The notes beneath the pieces are model-generated. The model had not been told where the DNA came from. It did not search any database and saw only the letters and a program-made list of their open reading frames with translations. Source: Mucilaginibacter sp. (GTDB lineage: Bacteria; Bacteroidota; Bacteroidia; Sphingobacteriales; Sphingobacteriaceae). Taken from it: DNA of 64,000 nucleotides. Shown here one piece after another: positions 1 to 8,195 of the stretch. The position numbers and the translations under genes were made by a program. Positions within the stretch are counted from its first letter, which is position 1, and the number at the start of each line of letters is the position of its first letter. Location: assembly GCA_028288085.1 (NCBI GenBank), contig JAQBOK010000023.1:19-64018 (forward strand), written 5' to 3'.

Positions 1-346
1 CGGGGGCGTGCAAATAAGTAAACCCGCGATCTTTCCATTCTTTGGTTCTTGCAATGGCGCCTTTTGCCGAAGTGGTGGTATGGTCAATAATTACCGCTCC
101 TTTTTTAAACCCTGCACTTGCCATTTCCAATACCTCGTTTACCGTGTCATCATCTTTTAGCGTAACATGAATAGTATCCGCGCCACTTACGGCGTCAGTA
201 ACCTTGGCGAATGCTTTTGCGCCGAAGGCCTCCAATGCTTTAGCCTTGCTTTCGGTACGGTTCCAGACTTGCACCTGGTCGCCTTTTTTGATCATCGCCT
301 TAACAAAATTTGAGCCTAAAAGACCCATGCCCAGAAATGCTTTCAT
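1..346 (-). CDS. NAD(P)-dependent oxidoreductase, 3-hydroxyisobutyrate/6-phosphogluconate dehydrogenase family (3'-truncated by the window edge)
   Basis: Not in the ORF track. Manual translation from ATG at 346 gives MKAFLGMGLLGSNFVKAMIKKGDQVQVWNRT...IIDHTT, with the Rossmann GxGxxG and WNRT motifs. Confidence 0.85.
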   Translation of the reverse strand, partial: MKAFLGMGLLGSNFVKAMIKKGDQVQVWNRTESKAKALEAFGAKAFAKVTDAVSGADTIHVTLKDDDTVNEVLEMASAGFKKGAVIIDHTTTSAKGAIARTKEWKDRGFTYLHAP

Positions 347-488
347 ACGTTTTATTTGTTTGGATAAAGTTAAGCACTTATGTTGGAGATTATAGTAATG
401 CGAACGTAAAACACGTGGTGAGGTTACAATTGTTTTCAAATAATTCCCTATCTTTCAATCCATTACAAACCATCACAATTTACGTTTC

Positions 489-1214
489 ATGGACACAGGG
501 CACAAATTCACGGAGAGCGGCTACAAAAATGTCAGCTTGCTGTTTGTTGTTATATTCGGCATTGTTGTTTTAGGTTTTTTCAAAACCTATTTCGGGCTCT
601 TCCCTACTTTTAATAACGTTACCACCATCCAGCATATCCACGGCCTGCTGTTCACAACTTGGTTTGTGCTGCTGTTTGTTCAGCCGCTGCTCATCCGGTC
701 TGGCAAATACAAGGCGCACCGCATCATCGGCAGGTTTACTTATGTGCTGGTGCCCTGCATCATCATTTCCATCCATTTTATTGCCCGCGAGGCGTATTTA
801 AACGCGGTAGCCGGGCATGGGCCCATGCCAGCCATCCTTGCCGGTATGTATTTTCCTACTTACCAGATATTTGATTTCTTCGTATTGTACCTGCTCGCCA
901 TCATCAACAAAAACCGCACGCCATACCACATGCGCTATATGATCGCCACCTCGCTGGCTATTGCCGGGGCTGGGCTGCGCAGGTTTTTTATGCATGTGTT
1001 TGGTATGGGCGGCGCCGACGCAGTGCTGTACGGGTTTTTAGTGCCCGACCTGATCCTGGTCGGCCTCATCGTTTACGACAGGATAAAGGGCAACAACAGC
1101 AGGGCCTATATCATCGCGTTCATCATTTTAGCGGTATCGCATTACGGTTATTATTTTATACCCCAGTCTGCGTTATGGCAATCCGTAGCCGGGTATTTTG
1201 TGAGGTTTTTTTAG
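489..1214 (+). CDS. Multi-pass inner-membrane protein of unknown function (possible heme-b-binding His residues)
   Basis: 241 aa with 6-7 hydrophobic segments and spaced His (HIHG, AHR, YHMRYM); divergent from the oxidoreductase. Confidence 0.7.
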   Translation: MDTGHKFTESGYKNVSLLFVVIFGIVVLGFFKTYFGLFPTFNNVTTIQHIHGLLFTTWFVLLFVQPLLIRSGKYKAHRIIGRFTYVLVPCIIISIHFIAREAYLNAVAGHGPMPAILAGMYFPTYQIFDFFVLYLLAIINKNRTPYHMRYMIATSLAIAGAGLRRFFMHVFGMGGADAVLYGFLVPDLILVGLIVYDRIKGNNSRAYIIAFIILAVSHYGYYFIPQSALWQSVAGYFVRFF

Positions 1215-1242
1215 GGGAGCGCCTTAATGATATAACAAACCA

Positions 1243-1402
1243 TGTCATTCGAACGAGTGTAGCGAGGAGAACTATTCTCTTGAGCGGGTTGTGCCTGGAT
1301 TGCGGGTGCGAAAAAAACTTATACGCTGCGCACAGTCCGCTTTGCATGTTGTCGAAGATCTCTCACTATCGCCTGCCTACCGCAGGCAGGTTCGAGATGA
1401 CA
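1243..1402. repeat. REP/MITE-like palindromic element with TGTCAT...ATGACA ends
   Basis: TGTCATTCGAAC (1243-1254) is a near-perfect inverted match to GTTCGAGATGACA (1390-1402); internal hairpin CCTGCCT-accgc-AGGCAGG (1372-1390). Confidence 0.65.
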
Positions 1403-1639
1403 GAGTTGAAGAAATTTCGGGCGTTGCCGCTGATAGGAGCGGGCCGGGCCTTACACTCATACGTCTGCAGGCATTAGGCGCGAAGGCCGGTATATGTTTC
1501 AGTCCCTAACGCATTTGTCTGAACCATGATTTATGTGATTAGATGATTGCCATGATTTTCCTAGCGGGTTGTTAGAAAAAGGCACGAGAAGCCTTTACGC
1601 TATACCCAGCTCCTCATTCTCGCGCCAGGTTTGGGGAAA

Positions 1640-2485
1640 TTAATTTTTTACAATAATTTCTTTTAATTCATTTATTGTGAAATAATTATTTTTCGCATTC
1701 TTCCGGTGCAACATTCTATGGCAATTGGAACATACCAATGCAAGGTCATTTAATTTTGTAAGTCGTTTCCCAGCTTTGGCAATAGGAGATTTGTGATGAC
1801 ATTCGATAAACCCATTTCCATGATTTCCATATCTTAATTTGAAATCAAAATTACAAACCTCGCAAAATAGAATATTACTTTTAATAGCTTCTTTTTTTTT
1901 TGCTTGGATAATTTGGGGGTCTCTTTCATAGTATTTATGTTCTTTCATCTTTACTTTTTCTTCACCCTCAATAGAACCATCTATCTCGATCTCGAAATTA
2001 TCATTAATAACAAATTCGAATAAATCTTTTAGTTCAGCATCTGGGTTAAAAAGATTCCAAATTTTTCTTTTTAGCTCGAGTTCGCTAATAGGTAATTTGT
2101 TAGTTCTTTCTATTAAGTTAATATTGCAACAAGCTCCCCTATTTGGCTTAAAAAAATTAAGTTCAATAGGTTTTGGAATGTATGCCATTGCGATAACCCC
2201 GACTAATCTGCAAAATGGGTGAGTAGAATCTCTTACTTCTATTTTATTATCCAATGGAGTTACAATATGCGTAAGATAAGTGCCTTTGGGATATTCTAAG
2301 CCCTTGTTGATTGTTTGAAATATTAAGATTAATTCACCACAAATAGCTTTTAGTACATTTCCTTTTTTCCTTTTTGGCCAATTTAAAAAAAATGAGCCTC
2401 CAACAATTGCGTCCATGTACGCCCACCCATTTCCTTGTTCCCTTTTGACGTTTTTAACCCAATTTAGATCACTAGAGGTATACAT
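1640..2485 (-). CDS. HNH endonuclease (McrA/type IV restriction-like) with uncharacterised N-terminal domain
   Basis: C-terminal CEVC...IECHH...LVCSNCHRMLH is a zinc-binding HNH of the McrA type; AT-rich. Confidence 0.85.
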   Translation of the reverse strand: MYTSSDLNWVKNVKREQGNGWAYMDAIVGGSFFLNWPKRKKGNVLKAICGELILIFQTINKGLEYPKGTYLTHIVTPLDNKIEVRDSTHPFCRLVGVIAMAYIPKPIELNFFKPNRGACCNINLIERTNKLPISELELKRKIWNLFNPDAELKDLFEFVINDNFEIEIDGSIEGEEKVKMKEHKYYERDPQIIQAKKKEAIKSNILFCEVCNFDFKLRYGNHGNGFIECHHKSPIAKAGKRLTKLNDLALVCSNCHRMLHRKNAKNNYFTINELKEIIVKN

Positions 2486-2488
2486 ATA

Positions 2489-3520
2489 TTATTCAGCTAT
2501 AGTATAATTGGCAATCATTTTCTCACCACAACTTAATAAGTAATCATAAGAAACAACTTCAATATGATTCAAATTACAATTTAGCATTCTAAGAGCATTA
2601 TATTGATCTTCGTTAAAATCCCTTGTCCTACCGGCAATAATTTTAATTCTTGGTCTTATGATCTTGACTTTATGTTCTTTTTCAATATTTAATTTGAAAT
2701 CATCCATTTTTTGAAAATAGAGCATGCATTGTCCAATCACCTTTGCCAAATCGGTGGACGGGTAATAACTACTGTGACTATCATCAAATTTAAAAAGTCC
2801 ACAAGTTGGTCGTTTAAGTTCTATTAAATCTAAAAATCCGTCTATAGATTGCATTAACATATCCGCTTCACTGAACATTGCGATTTTACGGGCTTCATGT
2901 TTTTTAATATATTCAATCCCGAAAATCCAATTGTGGTTTTTTTCAATCCAATTTTGAAATATTTTTTCAGGTTGGCTTGCTAAATAATCGCTTAGATTTT
3001 GATGGCTTTTTATTTCCTCTACGATATTTCCTGATTCTTCCAGTTCTAATAGTAATCTTAAATTATTAATCTCGTTCTGCCATTTTTGATGAATATATAG
3101 CGATGATAAATCCGCTATTATGCTTTTTCCTGATTTTTCTTCATCAGATAATGCAATAAGCAAATTTTTAATTCTATCCTCACTATTAAGTTTGTTTATT
3201 ACGATTTTCAGTATTCCATTATCGATATTTGACGATTTACTTAGAATATCAGCAATTTCATCGGTTGTTTCCAAAAATTTGCCGGATGTTTCGAAGGTTG
3301 AATCTCTGATAATTGAGATTTGACTCAAATGACTATATAGGCTTTTAATTTGGTTGCAATTCAAAGTTTCCGAAAATTTCGGTAGCCCATTATTATCAAA
3401 TGCATAAATTGACATAGTTAGATCGGCAGCGTTGACCGAGCTGTTTTTAATTCCAGAGAAATTTACCTTTAAAGTTAAGTTCTCATTTGAAAATATTTCT
3501 CTATCAAATTTAATACTCAT
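2489..3520 (-). CDS. sduA: Shedu anti-phage nuclease (DUF4263, PD-(D/E)xK)
   Basis: C-terminal EKIFQNWIEKNHNWIFG...ADMLMQSIDGFLDLIELKRP...VIGQCMLY...PRIKIIAGR...IEVVSYDYLL matches DUF4263/SduA motifs. Confidence 0.85.
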   Translation of the reverse strand: MSIKFDREIFSNENLTLKVNFSGIKNSSVNAADLTMSIYAFDNNGLPKFSETLNCNQIKSLYSHLSQISIIRDSTFETSGKFLETTDEIADILSKSSNIDNGILKIVINKLNSEDRIKNLLIALSDEEKSGKSIIADLSSLYIHQKWQNEINNLRLLLELEESGNIVEEIKSHQNLSDYLASQPEKIFQNWIEKNHNWIFGIEYIKKHEARKIAMFSEADMLMQSIDGFLDLIELKRPTCGLFKFDDSHSSYYPSTDLAKVIGQCMLYFQKMDDFKLNIEKEHKVKIIRPRIKIIAGRTRDFNEDQYNALRMLNCNLNHIEVVSYDYLLSCGEKMIANYTIAE

Positions 3521-3867
3521 CAGACTTTCATAATTACATCTTTATAACCATCCCACTCAGAATTGTAATTCTCATGATACGGGGGTGCAAACGCTCCTTT
3601 TTCTAATAGTACAAACACATTACTAAGGTCTTCAATATTATACATTCTGAAACTGGGAAATGGTTTTCCTTCTTTTGAATCAGATACGCCGTCAATTTGT
3701 ACTATATGTACTTTGGTGCTTTGTATATTTGTATTTTTTGCTGTAAAAATAAAGACCGCATAAGGATGTCCTATCCTTACTCCTTGCACCTTTCCTTCCT
3801 TGTTGTATTCAAAGGAAATATGGTTCCTGCTAGTTATGGCCTGTTTTAAAACTTCTAATGTGTTCAT
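3520..3867 (-). CDS. Stand-alone WYL-domain protein (no HTH)
   Basis: LKQAITSRNHISFEY...VRIGHPYAV...SFRMYNIEDLSNV fits the WYL pattern (AI..r..l.f.Y...R.v.Py...FRl.rI); stop overlaps the Shedu ATG (TGATG). Confidence 0.7.
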   Translation of the reverse strand: MNTLEVLKQAITSRNHISFEYNKEGKVQGVRIGHPYAVFIFTAKNTNIQSTKVHIVQIDGVSDSKEGKPFPSFRMYNIEDLSNVFVLLEKGAFAPPYHENYNSEWDGYKDVIMKV

Positions 3868-3990
3868 ATTGTTTAATTAAGGTTAGTTTCATTTAAACTT
3901 TGTAATAAGCTTATTATTTCAACAATACACATGCTTCAAATCCAATCGGTAAAGTTTTATCAAAAAGTACTATGAATAAAAAGCGTTTAT

Positions 3991-4392
3991 TTAAAGCAAT
4001 TTGTCAAGAAGCATTTTAATTTCTTCTAATCTTGGCTGCAACTGTTTTTTGTTGCTTTTATAATAGTCACTTATTTCAGGCAATCTATCAGGGGCTATTA
4101 TTTGTTCCTTAAGACTTGAACGTGTGCTATATGAAGTTGGATCAGAAAATATCCCTGATATAATTAAAATAGTCAAGTCTAAAGCGCGATGTATAGGTAA
4201 TTCTTCACTTTGTCGGCTCCATTTATTGCCTGTGTGCCTAAAAACCTTTACAGAAATTTGATCTTCGTCATACTGTGCTTGTCCAATAGACAATGCTTTA
4301 GCATCGCTGTTAGGAGCATATATGCCATCTTTTTTATCATAGTCATTTACAGCTATAATTGGTTTATGCTGTAAGTGTTCGGGGACATTCAT
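3991..4392 (-). CDS. DUF6530-family protein
   Basis: HKPII...YDKKDGIYAPNSDAKALSIG...SVKVFRHTGNKWSRQSEELPIHRALDL matches the DUF6530 consensus as recalled. Confidence 0.75.
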   Translation of the reverse strand: MNVPEHLQHKPIIAVNDYDKKDGIYAPNSDAKALSIGQAQYDEDQISVKVFRHTGNKWSRQSEELPIHRALDLTILIISGIFSDPTSYSTRSSLKEQIIAPDRLPEISDYYKSNKKQLQPRLEEIKMLLDKLL

Positions 4393-4564
4393 AAGAAAAT
4401 TTATTATTAAATGATTGGTTTTGATTTACTGTTTAGGCTAATACCAAAGCTTGGTTTAAATAATTTAACAAACAACCCGTTAAAACACCCAATTTTCAAT
4501 CCTTATTAGCCTGTAATAATGGTAATTAAAAAAATGGTTCGGACAAAGTCAATCAACGATTGCA

Positions 4565-5815
4565 TTACTCTAATAGCAATGAATCATCCTCATCCCCCAA
4601 GCTCAGATGGATCATGTCATTCCCTGCGATACCTTCAATTGAGCCTTTAATATGGGCGGCGTTTAGTAATACTTTTTCCAATTGTTTTTCGCGGGCTTTC
4701 CATAGTTTTTCCATGGCATCGCGTTCCCGTTGTATGGATAGGCGCATGCTCATATAGCCTTCGCGTATGGCTTTCCACTGTTCAGAAAACTCATTGCTTA
4801 TCAAATAATCATATAGCAGGTGCATTTTATCGCCTTTGTTATCCTGTGCTTTTGCCAGGTTGGCAAGCTTTATAATGCCATCCCGTAAGATGTATGATAC
4901 TGCTTTCACTTCATCAAATGAACAGATCCAAACACCCTCTTTTTCGCCAAAGCAATCCATCCCTTTTGGGTAGCATTGGGTAACAATTACAGCTACATCA
5001 ACCCCAATGGCACGCATATCCTTTTTCAATTTATCTATCCAGTCGATGGAGAAATCTTTGGTCCGCTTGCTCTCGTAAATAATGCGGCCACATTCCTGTC
5101 CAAATTGGTTGCGTACGGTTTGGATACAATCAGCACCGCGAACACCTTTGCCAACTTCGCCTATTACATCAAAAGGAAAACTATCGCGAAGCAATTCCTC
5201 CAATATCAGTTCCTGTACCTCACCCTGTAACTGCATGGAGCCTTGTTCCACTTTGCGTTTCATTTCTTCGGCAAGTTTTTTCTGGTCGTCTAACTGTTTT
5301 TCCAGTTCCTTTACCTTTAGCTGGTAGTCGGTATCTTTCAAATTGAATTTTTCGGCTTCCTGCTTTCTTATATTTTCGGTGAGTTCATTCCTTTGTTCCT
5401 GCAATTTGCGTTGCATGGAAAGTTCCAGTTCTTCTTCTTTTTGTTTTAGCGCCTGTTCTTTTTGCAGAAATTCAAGCTCTTTTTGCCGGGAAGCCTTTAG
5501 TTTTTCGTCTGAATCTTTAATGTTGCTTTGCAGCATCAGCAATTGATTCTCAAAGTCGGATGCTATGGATTTACGCAGATTTTCTTCAAGGGTTAATTGC
5601 AACTGTTTTTTCTCTGCTGCAAGGCGTTCTTCAAATTGTAATTGCTGCTGACGTTCTTTTACTGTAAACTCACTTTCTTTTCTCTTATATTCTTCTTCTT
5701 TTTGGGTAGTATATTCCTGCATTTTTACCCGAAGCTCTTTTTTATATTCTTCAGCCATCACTTCCTCAATAGGAAATCCAAAACCACAATTAGGACATTT
5801 AACTTCTGTTGCCAT
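4565..5815 (-). CDS. DUF2130-family protein (Zn ribbon, coiled coil, RmuC-like/PD-(D/E)xK C-terminus)
   Basis: Start reassigned to MATEVKCPNCG (ATG at 5815); long E/K/Q coiled coil, then QLQGEVQELILE...GADCIQ...IIYESKRTK. Confidence 0.85.
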   Translation of the reverse strand: MATEVKCPNCGFGFPIEEVMAEEYKKELRVKMQEYTTQKEEEYKRKESEFTVKERQQQLQFEERLAAEKKQLQLTLEENLRKSIASDFENQLLMLQSNIKDSDEKLKASRQKELEFLQKEQALKQKEEELELSMQRKLQEQRNELTENIRKQEAEKFNLKDTDYQLKVKELEKQLDDQKKLAEEMKRKVEQGSMQLQGEVQELILEELLRDSFPFDVIGEVGKGVRGADCIQTVRNQFGQECGRIIYESKRTKDFSIDWIDKLKKDMRAIGVDVAVIVTQCYPKGMDCFGEKEGVWICSFDEVKAVSYILRDGIIKLANLAKAQDNKGDKMHLLYDYLISNEFSEQWKAIREGYMSMRLSIQRERDAMEKLWKAREKQLEKVLLNAAHIKGSIEGIAGNDMIHLSLGDEDDSLLLE

Positions 5816-5937
5816 GTTTAAAAAAGGAATTAAATCTGCAATTATTATAATCGCGTTTAAAGATAGTGATTGGTAAAATATCTTCCTGATGGGATGCAGA
5901 AATAAATTGGTATGAGGGGGGCGGTTGTCCGCCGAGG

Positions 5938-5985
5938 GTATCACTTTGAGCCGGTTGAAGTTTGCCTGCCACGCTTCGACATTGC
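5938..5985. repeat. Degenerate REP-like element
   Basis: tcactttgagccggttgaag...cttcgac resembles TGTCA(C/T)CCTGAGC..GTCGAAG...CTTCGAC palindromic repeats; heavily decayed. Confidence 0.3.
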
Positions 5986-6179
5986 GGTGGTTGGGTTGTG
6001 GTTTATTGAATGTTGTTCCGCTCATGGCCGCGGGGGGCCTAGTCCGTTATTCACCAGTTATTTATTTTTTATCGGTGTTCATGATTGCTATCGCAATTTG
6101 ACGCGTCAAAAGTAACCAAAAGCGCTTGTTATTGTTATTCAATGGTGTTCATGAGACCGCTACGCTAAGTCTTGGATTT

Positions 6180-7050
6180 CTATGATTCATGCAACTAATC
6201 TGGAATAATTTTTTCATAGGGTCTGTTTTGGTTCACACAGACAAAAACACGTAATATTAGCTTGTTTCTTATCGCATTTACTGTGCTCATTTTATTTTTT
6301 CCATCCTGTTTTACCTGCGTTCGTAATAAAGTTTCAGGTCTTCGCTATGTTATATTGAGATTAATGCAGCAAGGTGTAATAGCCTTTTAAGATTTTTATT
6401 GGCCATATGCAACACTCTTCCTTTGCCTTTATATAAGCCGGATTCTTTTACGAATGGACGACACCGGCATGGCAGGCAAACTTTTTAGGGTCTTTAATCT
6501 CTTTAAACTCGTTTGTAGTGATGATGATCATAGTAGCAGTTACCTTTCCAATACCGCTTACTGATGTGATTAGGGCATATAGCCGCTTGAGTTCAGGATC
6601 GGTAGCTATGATCTCATCAATTTCTTTTTCAACTTTTCCAAATCTGTTTTGAGCCCGTTTAAGGTTCTATTACACAGCTTATTGTGGTGAGTTTGCTGTC
6701 TTTTTTTTATAAATGCGCCTGTCTCTTTGAATGGGGTCTTCAATGACTTTTGAACTTGCACTAGTCGAGAGCGGATTGTGGACAAGTGTGCCAATTGTTG
6801 AATAACTTCTCTTTTGGGTGTCCACAAGCGTAATCCATCACGATTTTTATAAGCGTATTCCGCAATATCGCATCTATCTTGTCATTTTTACTACGTAAAT
6901 TCCATAAGGAGTTTTTTATTTGCGTAGCTGCCTCCAAACAGATATGAATTTTTTTGGATAAAAAGCGGAAGCAATAATTGCGTTAGTGATGGAAGTGGAT
7001 ACCGGCCATGGTGACTAATGCCTGTGCAGTATGAACGGACTGCACGGCCG
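6180..7050 (-). pseudogene. IS110-family transposase remnant with multiple frameshifts
   Basis: Fragments across frames: LEAATQIKNSL, KNDKIDA-IAEYAYKNR-LRLWTPKREVIQQL, ITSVSGIGKVTA, KFACHAGV-PFVKESGLYKGKG, GKNKMSTVNAIRNKLILRVF. Ends approximate. Confidence 0.85.
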
Positions 7051-7221
7051 CAGGCAACGCCCCAATTTTAACGCAATGACGGTTTAAATAAATTAGAAAT
7101 CGAGCATTCCAAATCCCTCCCTAACCCACAAAATAAATACACAACGAACTGTGAATATTGTGATTTATTCTTTTTAAATTTATTCAGCATTTATTTCTTA
7201 ATTTCTCAATACCAGCCTATT

Positions 7222-7800
7222 ATGAAAAAGAATCACTTTTATCATTTTGCATTATTGGTATTATTAAGCCAGTTTGCAACATCGTTTGTTTTAGCACAAA
7301 CCAATCAGCCAATAATAGCTTATGTCAGCATCGACGGTACAAAAACAGGGGTATTTAAAGGCAATGCCGTTACAGAGGGCAACGAAGGCAAAATTGAATG
7401 TATCGGTTTCAGATATTCTGTTGCGGTACCTCATGATGTATCAAGCGGCCGGAGCAGCGGCAAACGCCAGCAATCGCCATTTGTTATTATAAAAAACATC
7501 GACTACTCGACCCCGCAATTATTACAGGCCGCCTACAACAACGAAACCCTGAAAACGGTGACCATTGAATTTACCAAAAAATCTGCCGACGGGCGGCAAA
7601 CCATCGCTTATAGGGTAACGCTCAAAAATGCTTCCATTTCGCTGATATCACAATATGGCGGTACAGCCTCGGCAGACAATGGCGTAAACCTTACCAACAA
7701 TGGCAGCTTGTTTGAGGAAGTTACCTTTACTTTCCAGGACATACAGTCTGATCACCTTATAGGCAACACCACCGCAATGGATTCCTGGACTAAGGAATAG
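7222..7800 (+). CDS. hcp: Orphan Hcp/TssD-like tube protein with N-terminal Sec signal peptide
   Basis: SGRSSGKRQQSPFVIIKNIDYSTPQLLQA...NETLKTVTIEF...VTLKNASIS...EEVTFTFQDI matches Hcp1; preceded by MKKNHFYHFALLVLLSQFATSFVLA|Q. Confidence 0.85.
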   Translation: MKKNHFYHFALLVLLSQFATSFVLAQTNQPIIAYVSIDGTKTGVFKGNAVTEGNEGKIECIGFRYSVAVPHDVSSGRSSGKRQQSPFVIIKNIDYSTPQLLQAAYNNETLKTVTIEFTKKSADGRQTIAYRVTLKNASISLISQYGGTASADNGVNLTNNGSLFEEVTFTFQDIQSDHLIGNTTAMDSWTKE

Positions 7801-7829
7801 GAGAATTAAATTCAAATGTAAACATAAAA

Positions 7830-7885
7830 TCCTTCCCCCTGGGAGGGGTACGGCTGGCCGTGATGTAGCAGGGCGGGGTTTAGCA
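7830..7885. repeat. GC-rich palindromic intergenic repeat (CCTTCCCCCTGGGAGGGG type)
   Basis: Related motifs at 41126-41162 and about 42675-42700; lies downstream of hcp. Confidence 0.4.
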
Positions 7886-7964
7886 AACTATTTAACTCCA
7901 TCTCCAACAAACGGAATCAAATCACCGGCAAATCACTGTCACCACTTTGGCCACTCCGTTTACT

Positions 7965-7972
7965 TAAATTTG
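7965..7972 (+). promoter_or_regulatory. Bacteroidota -7 promoter element TAAATTTG
   Basis: Matches TAnnTTTG about 220 bp upstream of the DUF6377 gene. Confidence 0.45.
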
Positions 7973-8195
7973 TATATCAGCATCAGCTGACGATCAACCT
8001 GTAACGCCTTGATCATGGTCGGCGTCTTGTCATTGGTTTTCCCGGTTTTACAGATCCTGTTTATTTAACAGTATTATTTACAATAAATTTTATATTTTTA
8101 GAATATCGATAACCGCGCTTAATTTTAATGTTTTTAACCTTAGGCCCGGCAACCAATTATACATCCTAAAGTTTTGTTACCCTGATTAATACTAA

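Noticed and set aside
1156-1509. ORFs 1156..1347, 1175..1477 and 1291..1509
   Set aside because: They overlie a GC-rich REP-like element and show no protein motifs.
5816-6025. N-terminal 70-aa extension of DUF2130 in the ORF track
   Set aside because: It runs through a degenerate repeat; the family-like start is MATEVKCPNC at 5815.
7222-7800. A type VI secretion or contractile-tail locus
   Set aside because: No sheath, baseplate, VgrG or PAAR gene anywhere in the window.
7980-8030. Riboswitch in the DUF6377 leader
   Set aside because: A GATCAA/TTGATC hairpin is present, but it has no aptamer consensus I recognise.
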